From IMG/VR virus record IMGVR_UViG_3300034389_000010, positions 1-64,000 of that record: a stretch of 64,000 nt of DNA. One strand, given 5' to 3'. Origin of the DNA: a virus. The first letter of the stretch is position 1. The number at the start of each line of letters is the position of its first letter. The position numbers and the translations under genes are program-made. Positions 1-8,812 of this stretch are shown here, one piece after another. The notes under the pieces were generated by a model. The model ran no database searches and had not been told where the DNA came from. It worked only from the letters and a program-made list of their open reading frames with translations.

Positions 1-128
1 ACGCCCGGCTTCATGGCCCGGAAGTTCTGGCCCCTGGGCGAGGACTTTGTGCGCGAGCTGGCGCCGCCCGCCGTAGCCGAGGACATCCAGGCCATCGTCG
101 GCGCCGCCCTAGCCGCCTGGAGCGATCA

Positions 129-575
129 ATGAGTCGCAGTATGGTGCGCACGGCGATCGCTCGCCGGCGCCACGCCCACTACTTCAAGGACGTTAGCCAG
201 CTGACCGAGCTGGACGTGTACATGGTCTGCGAGCTGTGGCAGGTGGACGATCACAGCGGCGCCACCCAGCACGCGATCAAGAAACTGCTGCTGCCCGGTC
301 AGCGAGGCGGCGGCAAGGATCGGGTCCGTGATCTACGCGAGGCGCGCGACACGATCAATAGGCGGCTTGAACTACTGGACGCGACCGCTAATCTACTGGT
401 TAGATATACAGGTGATGGCGCTTTGGATAAGGAATCAAATGATGCGCAAAATCGGAATCAGAATATTGCATTTAGCAAGTCGCTTGCGTATCGTCTCCTG
501 ACATCGGCCCAAGGCTTTATCGGGTCGATTTTCGGAAGTCATCGCCCTGCAGGGGATTGCCGGCAACGCCAGTGA
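129..575 (+). CDS. Phage hypothetical protein (HYFKDV...QHAIKKLL..G.RG.KD motif)
   Basis: N-terminal ~85 aa resembles a common small phage protein; the 3' part is low-GC and may be an incidental extension. Confidence 0.6.
   Translation: MSRSMVRTAIARRRHAHYFKDVSQLTELDVYMVCELWQVDDHSGATQHAIKKLLLPGQRGGGKDRVRDLREARDTINRRLELLDATANLLVRYTGDGALDKESNDAQNRNQNIAFSKSLAYRLLTSAQGFIGSIFGSHRPAGDCRQRQ
396..411. promoter_or_regulatory. LexA (SOS) box-like site CTGG-TTAGATAT-ACAG
   Basis: CTG-N10-CAG with AT-rich core, directly after a sigma70-like TTGAAC(367)-16nt-TAATCT(389). Confidence 0.55.
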
Positions 576-699
576 CAGCCTGCACCGACTCTTCTGATAG
601 ACCGCTTGACCGCTGCACCGTTTGACCGCCAGGGGGCCATAGAGCGCCCGGCACCTAAGTCCGGCAGGACCGCCGGCGTCACCATGAGGATTCCGTACC

Positions 700-1020
700 A
701 TGAGCATCAAAGACCGAGCTACGCGCGCAATTAAGCTGCTGATGCGCCGCTACACCCCCCGCGTCGCCTACCGCTACGCTGCCCTGCGCACCCAGGGCGT
801 GCCGGCCTTCAAGGCCCTGCGTCACGCCCTGGTGCTGCTGAGCAGCATCCGCCCCTGCTCCGCCTCCCAGTTCGATCGCGCCAGCGCCCTGCCGGGCGTC
901 TCGATCACCTTCACCAAGAGCAACGGCATCACCCTGACCCGTGCCGGGAAGGTGCTGGGCGTGATGACTAGCCTCTGCGCCGGCTCGCACTTCCTCGACT
1001 CGTCCGCGTTCGCGGCTTGA
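700..1020 (+). CDS. Hypothetical protein
   Basis: ORF with GAGGA RBS, phage-like codon use. Confidence 0.6.
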   Translation: MSIKDRATRAIKLLMRRYTPRVAYRYAALRTQGVPAFKALRHALVLLSSIRPCSASQFDRASALPGVSITFTKSNGITLTRAGKVLGVMTSLCAGSHFLDSSAFAA

Positions 1021-1030
1021 GGGGTGCGCT

Positions 1031-1600
1031 ATGTCCTACTTCAAGACCGATAACGACCTGGTCCGCCAGGCCCGCGCGCTCTATATCGACGACTGCCACC
1101 GCGTCCAGCGTGAGGCCGTCAACTTCGCCAAGGGCTTCGCCTTCGCTCGCGCCGTGTGCGCGGGCGACATCCATGGCCGCCGCTTCGTAGGCCTTTCCTT
1201 CTCGCAGCCGGTGGATCTGGAGCTGTGGCAGGAGACCGAACGTGCCGGAGTCTACGAACCGCGCACCGAAGTGGCTGAGACTGTGACCCTTGAGCGGTTG
1301 TCCGATGTCCGTGAAAGGCTGGGCGCGCTTCGCCTCAAGTGGGCGACTGAGCGACCCTATTTCCAAGCGGACCTTGGCCCGCTCACCACCCTGCTTGGGA
1401 TCCATGGCGCTGACGAGTCGATCGGCACGCGGTTCCATTACGTCGATGGGGTGGATGGGTATTTCTACTTCCACGCCCGTGCCCAGGTCGGTACCAACTG
1501 CTCCGAGATCACCAAGGCCGAATACGCCTGCGCCGAACTCAGTGCTGTACAGCGTCAAGGTCGTCTCACCGACGCCCGCGAGCGCGCCCGCATCCTTTGA
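1031..1600 (+). CDS. Hypothetical protein
   Basis: ORF track, GAGGGG RBS. Confidence 0.65.
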   Translation: MSYFKTDNDLVRQARALYIDDCHRVQREAVNFAKGFAFARAVCAGDIHGRRFVGLSFSQPVDLELWQETERAGVYEPRTEVAETVTLERLSDVRERLGALRLKWATERPYFQADLGPLTTLLGIHGADESIGTRFHYVDGVDGYFYFHARAQVGTNCSEITKAEYACAELSAVQRQGRLTDARERARIL

Positions 1601-1622
1601 ATGATGCCGGGCCTCCGGCTAA

Positions 1623-2546
1623 GTGAGACCAATCGTGACCAACTCCATCACCCTGATGCGACAACAACGCATCATCGAGAAGACCCCCGATGGCCTGTAC
1701 ATCGGCATCGAGCACCTGCACCTGGCCGAGGGCTGGGACAGCTCCTACGACAAGGAGACGCTGTGGGACGCCTGCTTGGATCTCGCCAAGCGCTTGATCC
1801 TGGACGAGACGACCAAGACCCTGCGCGACTTCGCCCCCATCCTCAAGCCGATTCAGGTCTGGCCGCGTGAACAGGGTGGCGTGTGGGTGGTAAAGGGCCA
1901 CTGCACCGTGCGCACCTATCACCTCTTGCGGGACTTGGGCTTTAAACTGCCGGCTATTCGCATCATCCCCTTTGAAGGTACGGCCGTGCAGCGCAACGTG
2001 AACATGAACAGCGACAAGGAATTCGACGAACTGGACAGCCTGGCGCAAGCCGACCTGGTGCTGGCCATGGTCGAGCGCCACGGAATGACCGTCGCTGAAA
2101 TCTCGCGGGACGTGGACCAAAAGCGCCAGGTGATCGAGCAGCTGCTGCAGCTGGGTCGCGCGCCGGCCGCGCTGCATGATGAGGTGCGCCAGGGGCATAT
2201 CGCCGCCTTCACCGCCATCAAGGCGCTCAAGCTGTTCGGCGATGACGCCGCCAAGGTGGTGGCCAAGCTGTTCAAGCGCAACGGCGGCAAGCGCGTCATG
2301 CCCAAGCACCTCAACGAGGAAAGCGGCCGCACCGTGGCCAGCTCCCAGCCACCGCGTGGCATCGATGCCCTGCTGCAGCAGGTGCCCGTGGTCGGTGATG
2401 CGCCGGCCGCCGAGGCCGTCGAGCTGCTGCAGCGCTTTCGCGAGGGCGAGGACCTGCTGGGCGATATGCCCGTGGCCCTGAGCGTGCGCGACCTCAATTC
2501 CCTGGTGACCGCCCTGGCCAGCACCGCCTGCCGAGGGGTGAAGTGA
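1623..2546 (+). CDS. ParB/Srx-like N-terminal domain plus HTH DNA-binding protein
   Basis: PIQVW...VVKGH segment followed by an HTH-like GMTVAEISRDV segment. Confidence 0.55.
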   Translation: MRPIVTNSITLMRQQRIIEKTPDGLYIGIEHLHLAEGWDSSYDKETLWDACLDLAKRLILDETTKTLRDFAPILKPIQVWPREQGGVWVVKGHCTVRTYHLLRDLGFKLPAIRIIPFEGTAVQRNVNMNSDKEFDELDSLAQADLVLAMVERHGMTVAEISRDVDQKRQVIEQLLQLGRAPAALHDEVRQGHIAAFTAIKALKLFGDDAAKVVAKLFKRNGGKRVMPKHLNEESGRTVASSQPPRGIDALLQQVPVVGDAPAAEAVELLQRFREGEDLLGDMPVALSVRDLNSLVTALASTACRGVK

Positions 2547-2866
2547 TGGCCCTGCAACCCGATGACCTCGCCATCATCATCAACAGCGGCGATGAGGCCG
2601 TGATCGGCCACGTCGTGCGTGTGGTCGCCGTCCTGGGCGTCGGCCCGGATCTGGAGTTCGATAACGACGTCTGGCGCGTGAGCCATGGCGAGCCCTGCTA
2701 TGGCGTCGAGCTGCTGCACGAAACGTTCAAGGGCTGCACCACGGTATCTGGCAAGCCGCTGCTCGATACCCCGCGCAACGTCTTCCGCGAGTCGTACCTT
2801 GCGCGCCTCGGGCGCGATGAGGCTCACGCGCTGCGCCAGCAGCTGGAGGTGTGCGATGCGAGTTGA
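2543..2866 (+). CDS. Hypothetical protein (KOW/SH3-like start LQPDDLAIII)
   Basis: ORF overlapping upstream stop. Confidence 0.6.
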   Translation: MMALQPDDLAIIINSGDEAVIGHVVRVVAVLGVGPDLEFDNDVWRVSHGEPCYGVELLHETFKGCTTVSGKPLLDTPRNVFRESYLARLGRDEAHALRQQLEVCDAS

Positions 2867-3065
2867 AGTGACCGACGATGGCCAGCTGGTCATCACCCCG
2901 GAATCGAACGCCGAGAAGTTCGCCCTGCGCCACTGGCTGGAGACCCACGCCAGGGGCTCGCGGGCTGAGCTGGTGACCACCGACTACCAGGTCGATAAGT
3001 ACATGGGGCGCGATGAGTTCCAGATCCAAGAAGGGCTGACCATCAGCCTGGAGGTGGACGGATGA
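2856..3065 (+). CDS. Hypothetical protein
   Basis: GGAGG RBS before ATG 2856. Confidence 0.55.
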   Translation: MRVEVTDDGQLVITPESNAEKFALRHWLETHARGSRAELVTTDYQVDKYMGRDEFQIQEGLTISLEVDG

Positions 3066-3235
3066 CCGGCCCTGTATTTCTCACCCCCGGCGCGGCGAGC
3101 CTGACCATCGTCGTCGGCAGTGGCCACCCCGGCACGGCCGCGATCCTGCGTGCGCTCGACTCGCGACCCTGGGGCATCAAGCCCCGACAGCACCAGGCGC
3201 CCTTTTGGGCGCGGGATTGGAGGAAGCGCCGATGA
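3062..3235 (+). CDS. Small hypothetical protein (57 aa, not in ORF track)
   Basis: ATGA overlaps at both ends with neighbours; GGAGG upstream. Confidence 0.45.
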   Translation: MTGPVFLTPGAASLTIVVGSGHPGTAAILRALDSRPWGIKPRQHQAPFWARDWRKRR

Positions 3236-3576
3236 GACCACCCTTCCCGCTTCTGCCTGGCGCCCGCGCGCACACTCTGCCGGCCAGCGAGTTCAACGAG
3301 GTACGTTTCGTCCGCACCCCGCATGGCTTTGATCCGGGCATCTATCATGACGAAGCCGTGGAACAGATGCTCGCCATGTGTCCGGAGCCCAGCGAGGAGC
3401 AGCTACAGCGGCGCCAGCGCCTGCTGGCCGAAATGATCGCCCATCCCGACAGGAACCCTTTCATGACCGCACAGCGTGAGCCCACGGAGGGTTCCAGGCT
3501 ACTGCAGCAGGCCTTTGTGGAAGTCAGTCGGATGCGCGGCCGAATGATCGCGGTTTCGCGCGGGGCCAAGTCATGA
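3232..3576 (+). CDS. Hypothetical protein
   Basis: GGAGG RBS, ATGA coupling. Confidence 0.55.
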   Translation: MRPPFPLLPGARAHTLPASEFNEVRFVRTPHGFDPGIYHDEAVEQMLAMCPEPSEEQLQRRQRLLAEMIAHPDRNPFMTAQREPTEGSRLLQQAFVEVSRMRGRMIAVSRGAKS

Positions 3577-4085
3577 CGGACAAGACCCCGACCAACCCCA
3601 GCCGCACGGCTATCGCGCGCGTCGATCACCCACTGCCGGTACCGACCTGCTGCCCGTACTGCCAGGCCGAGGTCGTCATCAAGGGCCATGCCGAGATTTA
3701 CAACGGCCGGGCCTACGGTGACTGGCCCTGGGTCTACGGCTGCAGCGCGTGCGATGCGCGTGTGGGCATGCACCCGTACACCAACCTGCCCCTGGGCACG
3801 CTGGCGGACGAGGCGCTGCGCAAGGCCCGCGAGCAGCACAAGAAGCCGTTCGAGGCGATCTGGCGCGAGAAGCACCTGAGCCGCAACGCGGCCTATCGCT
3901 GGCTCGCCGAGCAGCTGGGCATCAGCACGGCCGAATGCCACTTCGGGCTGTTCGATCAGGCGCGCTGCGAGCTGGCCAGCACGGTCTGCCAGGTCTACCT
4001 GGGCATGCTGCGCTACAACCGCGAGGTGTTCGTGCAGCCGCCGGCCGTCCGCTCTGTCGAAATACATGGCGTCGTGACCCGCTGA
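3573..4085 (+). CDS. Zinc-finger protein (DUF3268-like)
   Basis: CPYC...CSAC..VGMH....PLGTLA...AY.WLA..LG....CH.G.F motif pattern. Confidence 0.75.
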   Translation: MTDKTPTNPSRTAIARVDHPLPVPTCCPYCQAEVVIKGHAEIYNGRAYGDWPWVYGCSACDARVGMHPYTNLPLGTLADEALRKAREQHKKPFEAIWREKHLSRNAAYRWLAEQLGISTAECHFGLFDQARCELASTVCQVYLGMLRYNREVFVQPPAVRSVEIHGVVTR

Positions 4086-4088
4086 GTT

Positions 4089-4130
4089 AGGAAAGTCCGC
4101 GCAAGCGACCCCCTTCCGCAGCAGTAGGGT
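4089..4130 (+). promoter_or_regulatory. Late-promoter element (variant AGGAAAG-N29-TAGGGT) for terminase operon
   Basis: Same 36-nt offset as other copies. Confidence 0.6.
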
Positions 4131-4160
4131 TTTCCGGATGCAACGTCCGGAAAGCCCCTG

Positions 4161-4298
4161 ATGCCCAAGCCCCCACCACCCTCCCGCGCCGCCCAGCAGC
4201 GAGCCGCCCATGACTGCCTGGAGCAGCTGGCCCGCGCCATGCCCCTGGACGTGATCGAACAGGCCTTCAAGGCCGTGAAGCGGGCGCGTCGTGGCTAA
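4161..4298 (+). CDS. Small hypothetical protein (45 aa, MPKPPPPSRAAQQ...)
   Basis: Fills gap between promoter and terminase and overlaps terminase GTG. Confidence 0.4.
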   Translation: MPKPPPPSRAAQQRAAHDCLEQLARAMPLDVIEQAFKAVKRARRG

Positions 4299-5826
4299 AA
4301 AGATCGCCGCCCTCACGGCGGATCCGCGCTGGCGCGCCTTCGCCGAGCGCTACGCCCTGGACATCACCCGGTTCGCGATCGAAGTCTGCGGCATGACCGG
4401 GATCACCTGGCAGCAGGTGCAGCTGTTCGACGCGGTGTCCGGCTTCGGCTCGCGCACCACGGTGTCGTCTGGTCACGGTACCGGCAAGACGCGCGGCTTT
4501 GCCGTCATCGCCCTGTGGCACCTGCTCTGCTACGCCGACAGCAACACCTACCTGACCGCGCCCAAGCTTTCGACCCTGCAAGAGGGTATCTGGAAAGAGT
4601 TTTCGACCCTCAAAGAGGTGATCGAGCAAGGACCGCAGGGGTGGATCGCCAGCTACTTCGAGATCAAGTCCAAGAAGGTCTATGTCGTCGGCGCTGGCAT
4701 GCGCTGGTTCATCACCTGCCGGACCGCCCCGCGTGGCGCTCCGGAAAACATGGCCGGTACCCACAACAACTACCTGCTGTGGCTGGGTGACGAGGCGTCC
4801 GGTATCCCGGAGGCGAACCTCAAGGTGATCGCGGGCGCTCTGACCGACAAGCGCAACCGCTTCGCGCTGGCCAGCCAGCCCACGCGCTCCTCCGGCTACT
4901 TCTACGACACCCACCACGCCTGGGCGGTGGACAACGGCGGCAACTGGACCAACCTGGTCTTCAACTCCGAGGAATCGCCGATCGTCTCGGACGAGTTCCT
5001 GCGCGATAAGCAGCTGGAGTACGGCGGCCGCGACTCGGTCGAGTACCAGATCAAGGTCCAGGGCCGATTCCCCGAGCACAGCGACAAGTACCTGATCGGT
5101 CGGAAGGCGATCGAAAAGGCCATCGACAAGCGCGTCATCGGCGACGAGGAGCCCTATGGCAACCTGCTGGTGGTGGACGTCGCGGCCGGCGTCTACCGCG
5201 ACAAGACGGTGGCCACCCATCAGCGCGTGATCGGCACCGGCGGCCCGGAGGCCCTGGAGCCCCGGCGCATGGACGTGGTCGGGTACCCCGTCTACACCAA
5301 CAGCCTGGACTGGACCGATGCGGCCGCGCGGGTGGCGCACCAGGCGGCGGAGCTGTCGAACTGCACCGTGGTGGTGGACATCGGCGGCCAGGGCGTCCAG
5401 TTCGCCCGGATGCTGGAGCGCCTGGAGGTGCCCAACATCATCAAGGTCAACTGGGGCGAGCCCAACTTTCGGCCCGAGTACAAGCAGCGCTTCGTCAACC
5501 AGCGCGCCCAGGGCTTCGTCCACCTCAAGTACGCCATCGACCAGGGCCGCTGTGGCTTCTGCAACGAGAACACCAAGGACCTGCTGGATCAGGGCGCGCG
5601 CCTGCCGTTCTTTTTCGACGACCGCGCCCGCTGGCAGATGATGAGCAAGAACGATATGGCCAAGGAGGGGCTGTCATCCCCTGACCTGTTCGACACCCTG
5701 GCCATGGGCTTCCTGGAGAAGGTGAATTACATCCAGACCGATGGGGTGGCCACCGAGGTGACCAGCGAGCGGAAAGCCAAGGCGCGGGCCGACGTAATGG
5801 CCGCGCTGGGCTTGGGCGCGGCCTAG
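4291..5826 (+). CDS. pacB: Terminase large subunit, P1 PacB-like
   Basis: Walker A SGHGTGKT, Walker B LWLGDEASG, RNase H-like VVDVAAG ... SPDLFD. Confidence 0.88.
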   Translation: MAKKIAALTADPRWRAFAERYALDITRFAIEVCGMTGITWQQVQLFDAVSGFGSRTTVSSGHGTGKTRGFAVIALWHLLCYADSNTYLTAPKLSTLQEGIWKEFSTLKEVIEQGPQGWIASYFEIKSKKVYVVGAGMRWFITCRTAPRGAPENMAGTHNNYLLWLGDEASGIPEANLKVIAGALTDKRNRFALASQPTRSSGYFYDTHHAWAVDNGGNWTNLVFNSEESPIVSDEFLRDKQLEYGGRDSVEYQIKVQGRFPEHSDKYLIGRKAIEKAIDKRVIGDEEPYGNLLVVDVAAGVYRDKTVATHQRVIGTGGPEALEPRRMDVVGYPVYTNSLDWTDAAARVAHQAAELSNCTVVVDIGGQGVQFARMLERLEVPNIIKVNWGEPNFRPEYKQRFVNQRAQGFVHLKYAIDQGRCGFCNENTKDLLDQGARLPFFFDDRARWQMMSKNDMAKEGLSSPDLFDTLAMGFLEKVNYIQTDGVATEVTSERKAKARADVMAALGLGAA

Positions 5827-5865
5827 CCAGGCGGTAGAATGTGCGCAGCGTCACATAACTAGACT

Positions 5866-5883
5866 CACCAGGACATCACCATG
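5866..5883 (+). repeat. Start-associated repeat CACCAGGACATCACCATG
   Basis: 16-nt core identical at 27974, 54901(-), 62461(-). Confidence 0.8.
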
Positions 5884-6126
5884 CAGACCTTCCGTATCAC
5901 CCAGGGCGCTCGCGCCCGCCAGATCCAGGCCGCCAGCCCCTTCCACGCGCTGTGCGCCTTAACCAAGCAAGACCCGGCCGCGCCGGCCCAGTCCATCACC
6001 CTGGTGGTGACCGGGCGCCCTGCTGCTGGCCGGCGGCCGGCGGTACCGAGCGAGTGGCAGGTAGGCGACCAGCGCTATGCGGTCGAACACGTCGAGGCCC
6101 AGGCCTTGGGGAGCGTGGCCGCGTGA
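5881..6126 (+). CDS. Hypothetical protein
   Basis: Start-associated repeat; TAGAAT -10 at 5836. Confidence 0.6.
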   Translation: MQTFRITQGARARQIQAASPFHALCALTKQDPAAPAQSITLVVTGRPAAGRRPAVPSEWQVGDQRYAVEHVEAQALGSVAA

Positions 6127-6518
6127 ACGCCCAGCCGGCGGCGCCCCAGGCGCCTCGGGTCTGTCCCCGGTGCGGACATCGCTCGCATCCCAGCGAGACC
6201 GGGAATCACAACTGCGTCAGCGTGCTGCGCAACAACCTGCACGAGCTGAAATCGATCCTTGCGGCCCAGCAGATCGAGCTGGAGACGATCCGCGATCTGG
6301 TCGGTACCAAGGACCTGCGCCGAGGCCTGCAGGGCCTGCTGCGCGAGCGTGATGCACTGCGCCTGCAGGTGCCCCAGGCCTATGGTCGCGGGCTGCTGTT
6401 CGGTCAGCGGCTGGCGCGCGTCGCCCTGCGCCAGCTGGTGCGCTGGCCCCTGCGCCGGCGTGAGGGATTGCGCCACGCCCAGGCCCTGATCGATCAGGTC
6501 GAGGATCGGAAAGTCTAG
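6123..6518 (+). CDS. Hypothetical protein with CPRC-H-C zinc motif and coiled coil
   Basis: GTGA overlap with upstream stop. Confidence 0.55.
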   Translation: MNAQPAAPQAPRVCPRCGHRSHPSETGNHNCVSVLRNNLHELKSILAAQQIELETIRDLVGTKDLRRGLQGLLRERDALRLQVPQAYGRGLLFGQRLARVALRQLVRWPLRRREGLRHAQALIDQVEDRKV

Positions 6519-6548
6519 GGCTGATCACCTGCCGGCGCGGGCCACCAT
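6507..6548 (+). promoter_or_regulatory. Late-promoter element CGGAAAG-N29-CACCAT
   Basis: Conserved motif and spacing; ATG 6 nt after hexamer. Confidence 0.8.
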
Positions 6549-6554
6549 GCCGGC

Positions 6555-6851
6555 ATGATCGCATCCAGCAAGTTCTACCTCCTTGTCCGCCAGTTTGCCG
6601 CCTCGCGCCAGGCGTGGCAGACGGCTGTCCGCTACGACACCCTGCCCGATGAGCGCTGGGACCTCACCCTGGTTTCCCAGCGGGTCTATGGCAACCGGCA
6701 TGAGTTCCTGGCCGTCATGGCGGCCGCCGGGCTCGATCGGGTGAACCAGGAGCTGAAACAGCGCCGCCTGGTGCTGCCCACGCCCGCCCAGCTGGAGGCC
6801 TTGAAGCAGCAGGCCGGCTACACCAGCGCCAGCGTCGTGCAGGTGCGCTGA
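6555..6851 (+). CDS. Baseplate LysM/gpX-like protein (P1 gp26-like)
   Basis: DE..DLTLVSQRVYG...AVMAAAG...LVLP LysM-like pattern. Confidence 0.65.
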   Translation: MIASSKFYLLVRQFAASRQAWQTAVRYDTLPDERWDLTLVSQRVYGNRHEFLAVMAAAGLDRVNQELKQRRLVLPTPAQLEALKQQAGYTSASVVQVR

Positions 6852-7894
6852 TGGCCGACTCCAAGGGCCGTAGCGCCCATATCAGCTCGCAGCAAGGCCT
6901 CAAGGAGCAGCGCCAGGCCTTCGAGCGGGACAACGCGACGCGCAGCCGCTCGCAGACCCTGCTCAACCCGGACGACATCCTCAACGGCAAGCAGGACGCC
7001 GCCCAGCTCTGGCGCTTCGTCACCTCGAACGGTGGCGGCCCGCTGCGCCCGCTCACGATGGAGGATCTGCTGGAGTTCACCCGCCAGCGCGATCGGCTCC
7101 AGAAGAAATACGCCGGCGGCATCAAGCTCAAGGACATCATTGACCTGTCCCTGCCGGACGACCGCAAGCGCGCCCAGCAGCAGATCCACCAGGCGATGCC
7201 GCACACCCATCGCGGGGGCGTGCTGCGGTTCATGACCAACGCCGGCCCGGACAGCGACAGCAAGCGCCACTATGTCACCGTGAGCCTGCGCGACTTCACG
7301 GCGGCCGTCGTCTCGCCCAAGCCGCCCAAGGAAATCGTCCCGGTGCTGCTCAAGGGCGCCGTGTCGGTCAGCTGCGACTGCGGCCGCTGGCGCTACTGGT
7401 ACGCCTACATGGCCACCGCCGGCAACTACAACGCCGACACCCGCCACCGCGAGTCCGCCTATCCCAAGATCCGCAACCCCAAGCTGCACGGCCTGGCCTG
7501 CAAGCACATCCTGCGCGTCGTCACCTCCCTGCAGCAGTCGCCGGCGGTCAAGGCGTACCTGGCGCGGATGGTCGAGGGCGAGCGCAACCAGGTGAGCACC
7601 CAGCAAAAGCGCGTGACCAAGGACCAGATGCAGGCCCTGGCCGAGCAGATGAAGACCGAGCGCAGCCGTACCCGGCAGATCAAGACCACCGCCGAGAAGC
7701 GCGACCAGCGCAAGGCCCAGCCCGGCTACCAGCGCCAGCTGCAGGCCGCCCGCGATCGCCGCGCCAACAGCGCCAGCAAGGCCGCCGCCAAGAAGCCGGT
7801 TACTGACGCCAAGTTTCTGGCCAACCTGCGCGCCATGGGCTTTTCCGAGGCCCAGGCGCAGGCCGCACTGGCCGCCACCAAGAACGCCGGCTGA
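6851..7894 (+). CDS. SWIM-type zinc-finger tail morphogenesis protein (P1 gp25-like)
   Basis: VSCDCGRW.YWY....G..CKH motif. Confidence 0.65.
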   Translation: MADSKGRSAHISSQQGLKEQRQAFERDNATRSRSQTLLNPDDILNGKQDAAQLWRFVTSNGGGPLRPLTMEDLLEFTRQRDRLQKKYAGGIKLKDIIDLSLPDDRKRAQQQIHQAMPHTHRGGVLRFMTNAGPDSDSKRHYVTVSLRDFTAAVVSPKPPKEIVPVLLKGAVSVSCDCGRWRYWYAYMATAGNYNADTRHRESAYPKIRNPKLHGLACKHILRVVTSLQQSPAVKAYLARMVEGERNQVSTQQKRVTKDQMQALAEQMKTERSRTRQIKTTAEKRDQRKAQPGYQRQLQAARDRRANSASKAAAKKPVTDAKFLANLRAMGFSEAQAQAALAATKNAG

Positions 7895-7895
7895 T

Positions 7896-7936
7896 CGGAA
7901 AGCCGCCCGTCCGGCCATCGCCGGCGGCGGCATCAT
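7896..7936 (+). promoter_or_regulatory. Late-promoter element CGGAAAG-N28-CATCAT
   Basis: Motif copy, spacer one nt shorter. Confidence 0.7.
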
Positions 7937-7966
7937 CAGCACATCAACCCAACACTGAGAGCCATC

Positions 7967-8248
7967 ATGAACACCACCGCCCCCGAGGCCCCGTTCTACC
8001 ACCCCGAGAACGCGCCCCTGGCCGCCAAGCTGCGCGATCTGGCTGACGCCATTACCCAGCCTGGCCACTCCGCCCTGCGCAGCGTCATCAGCGTCCTGGA
8101 CTACGAGCAAGGCACCGTGATGCCGACCGTGGCCGGTCCGGGCGACTGGCGCAGCACGGTGGGTGTGCTGACGGCGGCAGCTCACGCGGTGGTGAACCCC
8201 GAAACCGTGGAGCACCCGGTGGCGACCCCCGAAGCCATGGAGGCCTGA
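7967..8248 (+). CDS. Hypothetical late protein
   Basis: ORF behind late element. Confidence 0.6.
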   Translation: MNTTAPEAPFYHPENAPLAAKLRDLADAITQPGHSALRSVISVLDYEQGTVMPTVAGPGDWRSTVGVLTAAAHAVVNPETVEHPVATPEAMEA

Positions 8249-8251
8249 CCC

Positions 8252-8734
8252 ATGCTGCACGCCGTCCCCGAGGGCATGCGCCGCATGGCGCGCATGGTGG
8301 TCTTGAACGGCCCCAACTCGATGCCCTGCGTGGTCTACCGCAAGGAGGTGCTGCGCGAGTCCGACACCAACGTCGGCGGCCTTCCTGACCTGGGCGGGCT
8401 CGGCGTGCTCGACAGCGAGGACGAGCCGGCCTATCGGTTCGTCGAGCTGGGCGAAGCGATGATGCGCCCCGTGGGTGATCACCACCCCATGCCCAGCAAC
8501 GTCGTGGACAGCCGCGACGGGGTCACCTACGCCGAAGGCCCGGTGATCATGCAGATCGAGGCCAAGGTGGCGGGCGCCTTCGAGATCAAGAAGCACGACC
8601 GCATCGACTGTCTGCCGGGGCTGGGTTTCGTCATCCCCTACGAGGTCGTCGGCATCACCGCGCCCGGCGCGATCCCGCCGTATCTGTTCCAGTACGTCCT
8701 GGAGCCGCGCCAGGATGAAGAGGTCGGCATCTAG
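8252..8734 (+). CDS. Putative head-closure/neck protein
   Basis: Beta-rich 160 aa, late region, GGAGG RBS; function inferred from context. Confidence 0.45.
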   Translation: MLHAVPEGMRRMARMVVLNGPNSMPCVVYRKEVLRESDTNVGGLPDLGGLGVLDSEDEPAYRFVELGEAMMRPVGDHHPMPSNVVDSRDGVTYAEGPVIMQIEAKVAGAFEIKKHDRIDCLPGLGFVIPYEVVGITAPGAIPPYLFQYVLEPRQDEEVGI

Positions 8735-8736
8735 TT

Positions 8737-8778
8737 CGGAAAGGGCGCCCAGGAGCGCCCCAGCCTGGCCCCTACCAT
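8737..8778 (+). promoter_or_regulatory. Late-promoter element CGGAAAG-N29-TACCAT
   Basis: Upstream of portal operon. Confidence 0.8.
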
Positions 8779-8812
8779 CGCTGCATCACAGTGGCGATAA
8801 GCCGGGCAATCC

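Noticed and set aside
605-628. TTGACCGC direct repeat
   Set aside because: Only two copies and no well-spaced -10; insufficient support
5770-5776. CGGAAAG inside terminase 3' end (and at 4148)
   Set aside because: No NANNNT hexamer at the +36 offset; not counted as promoters
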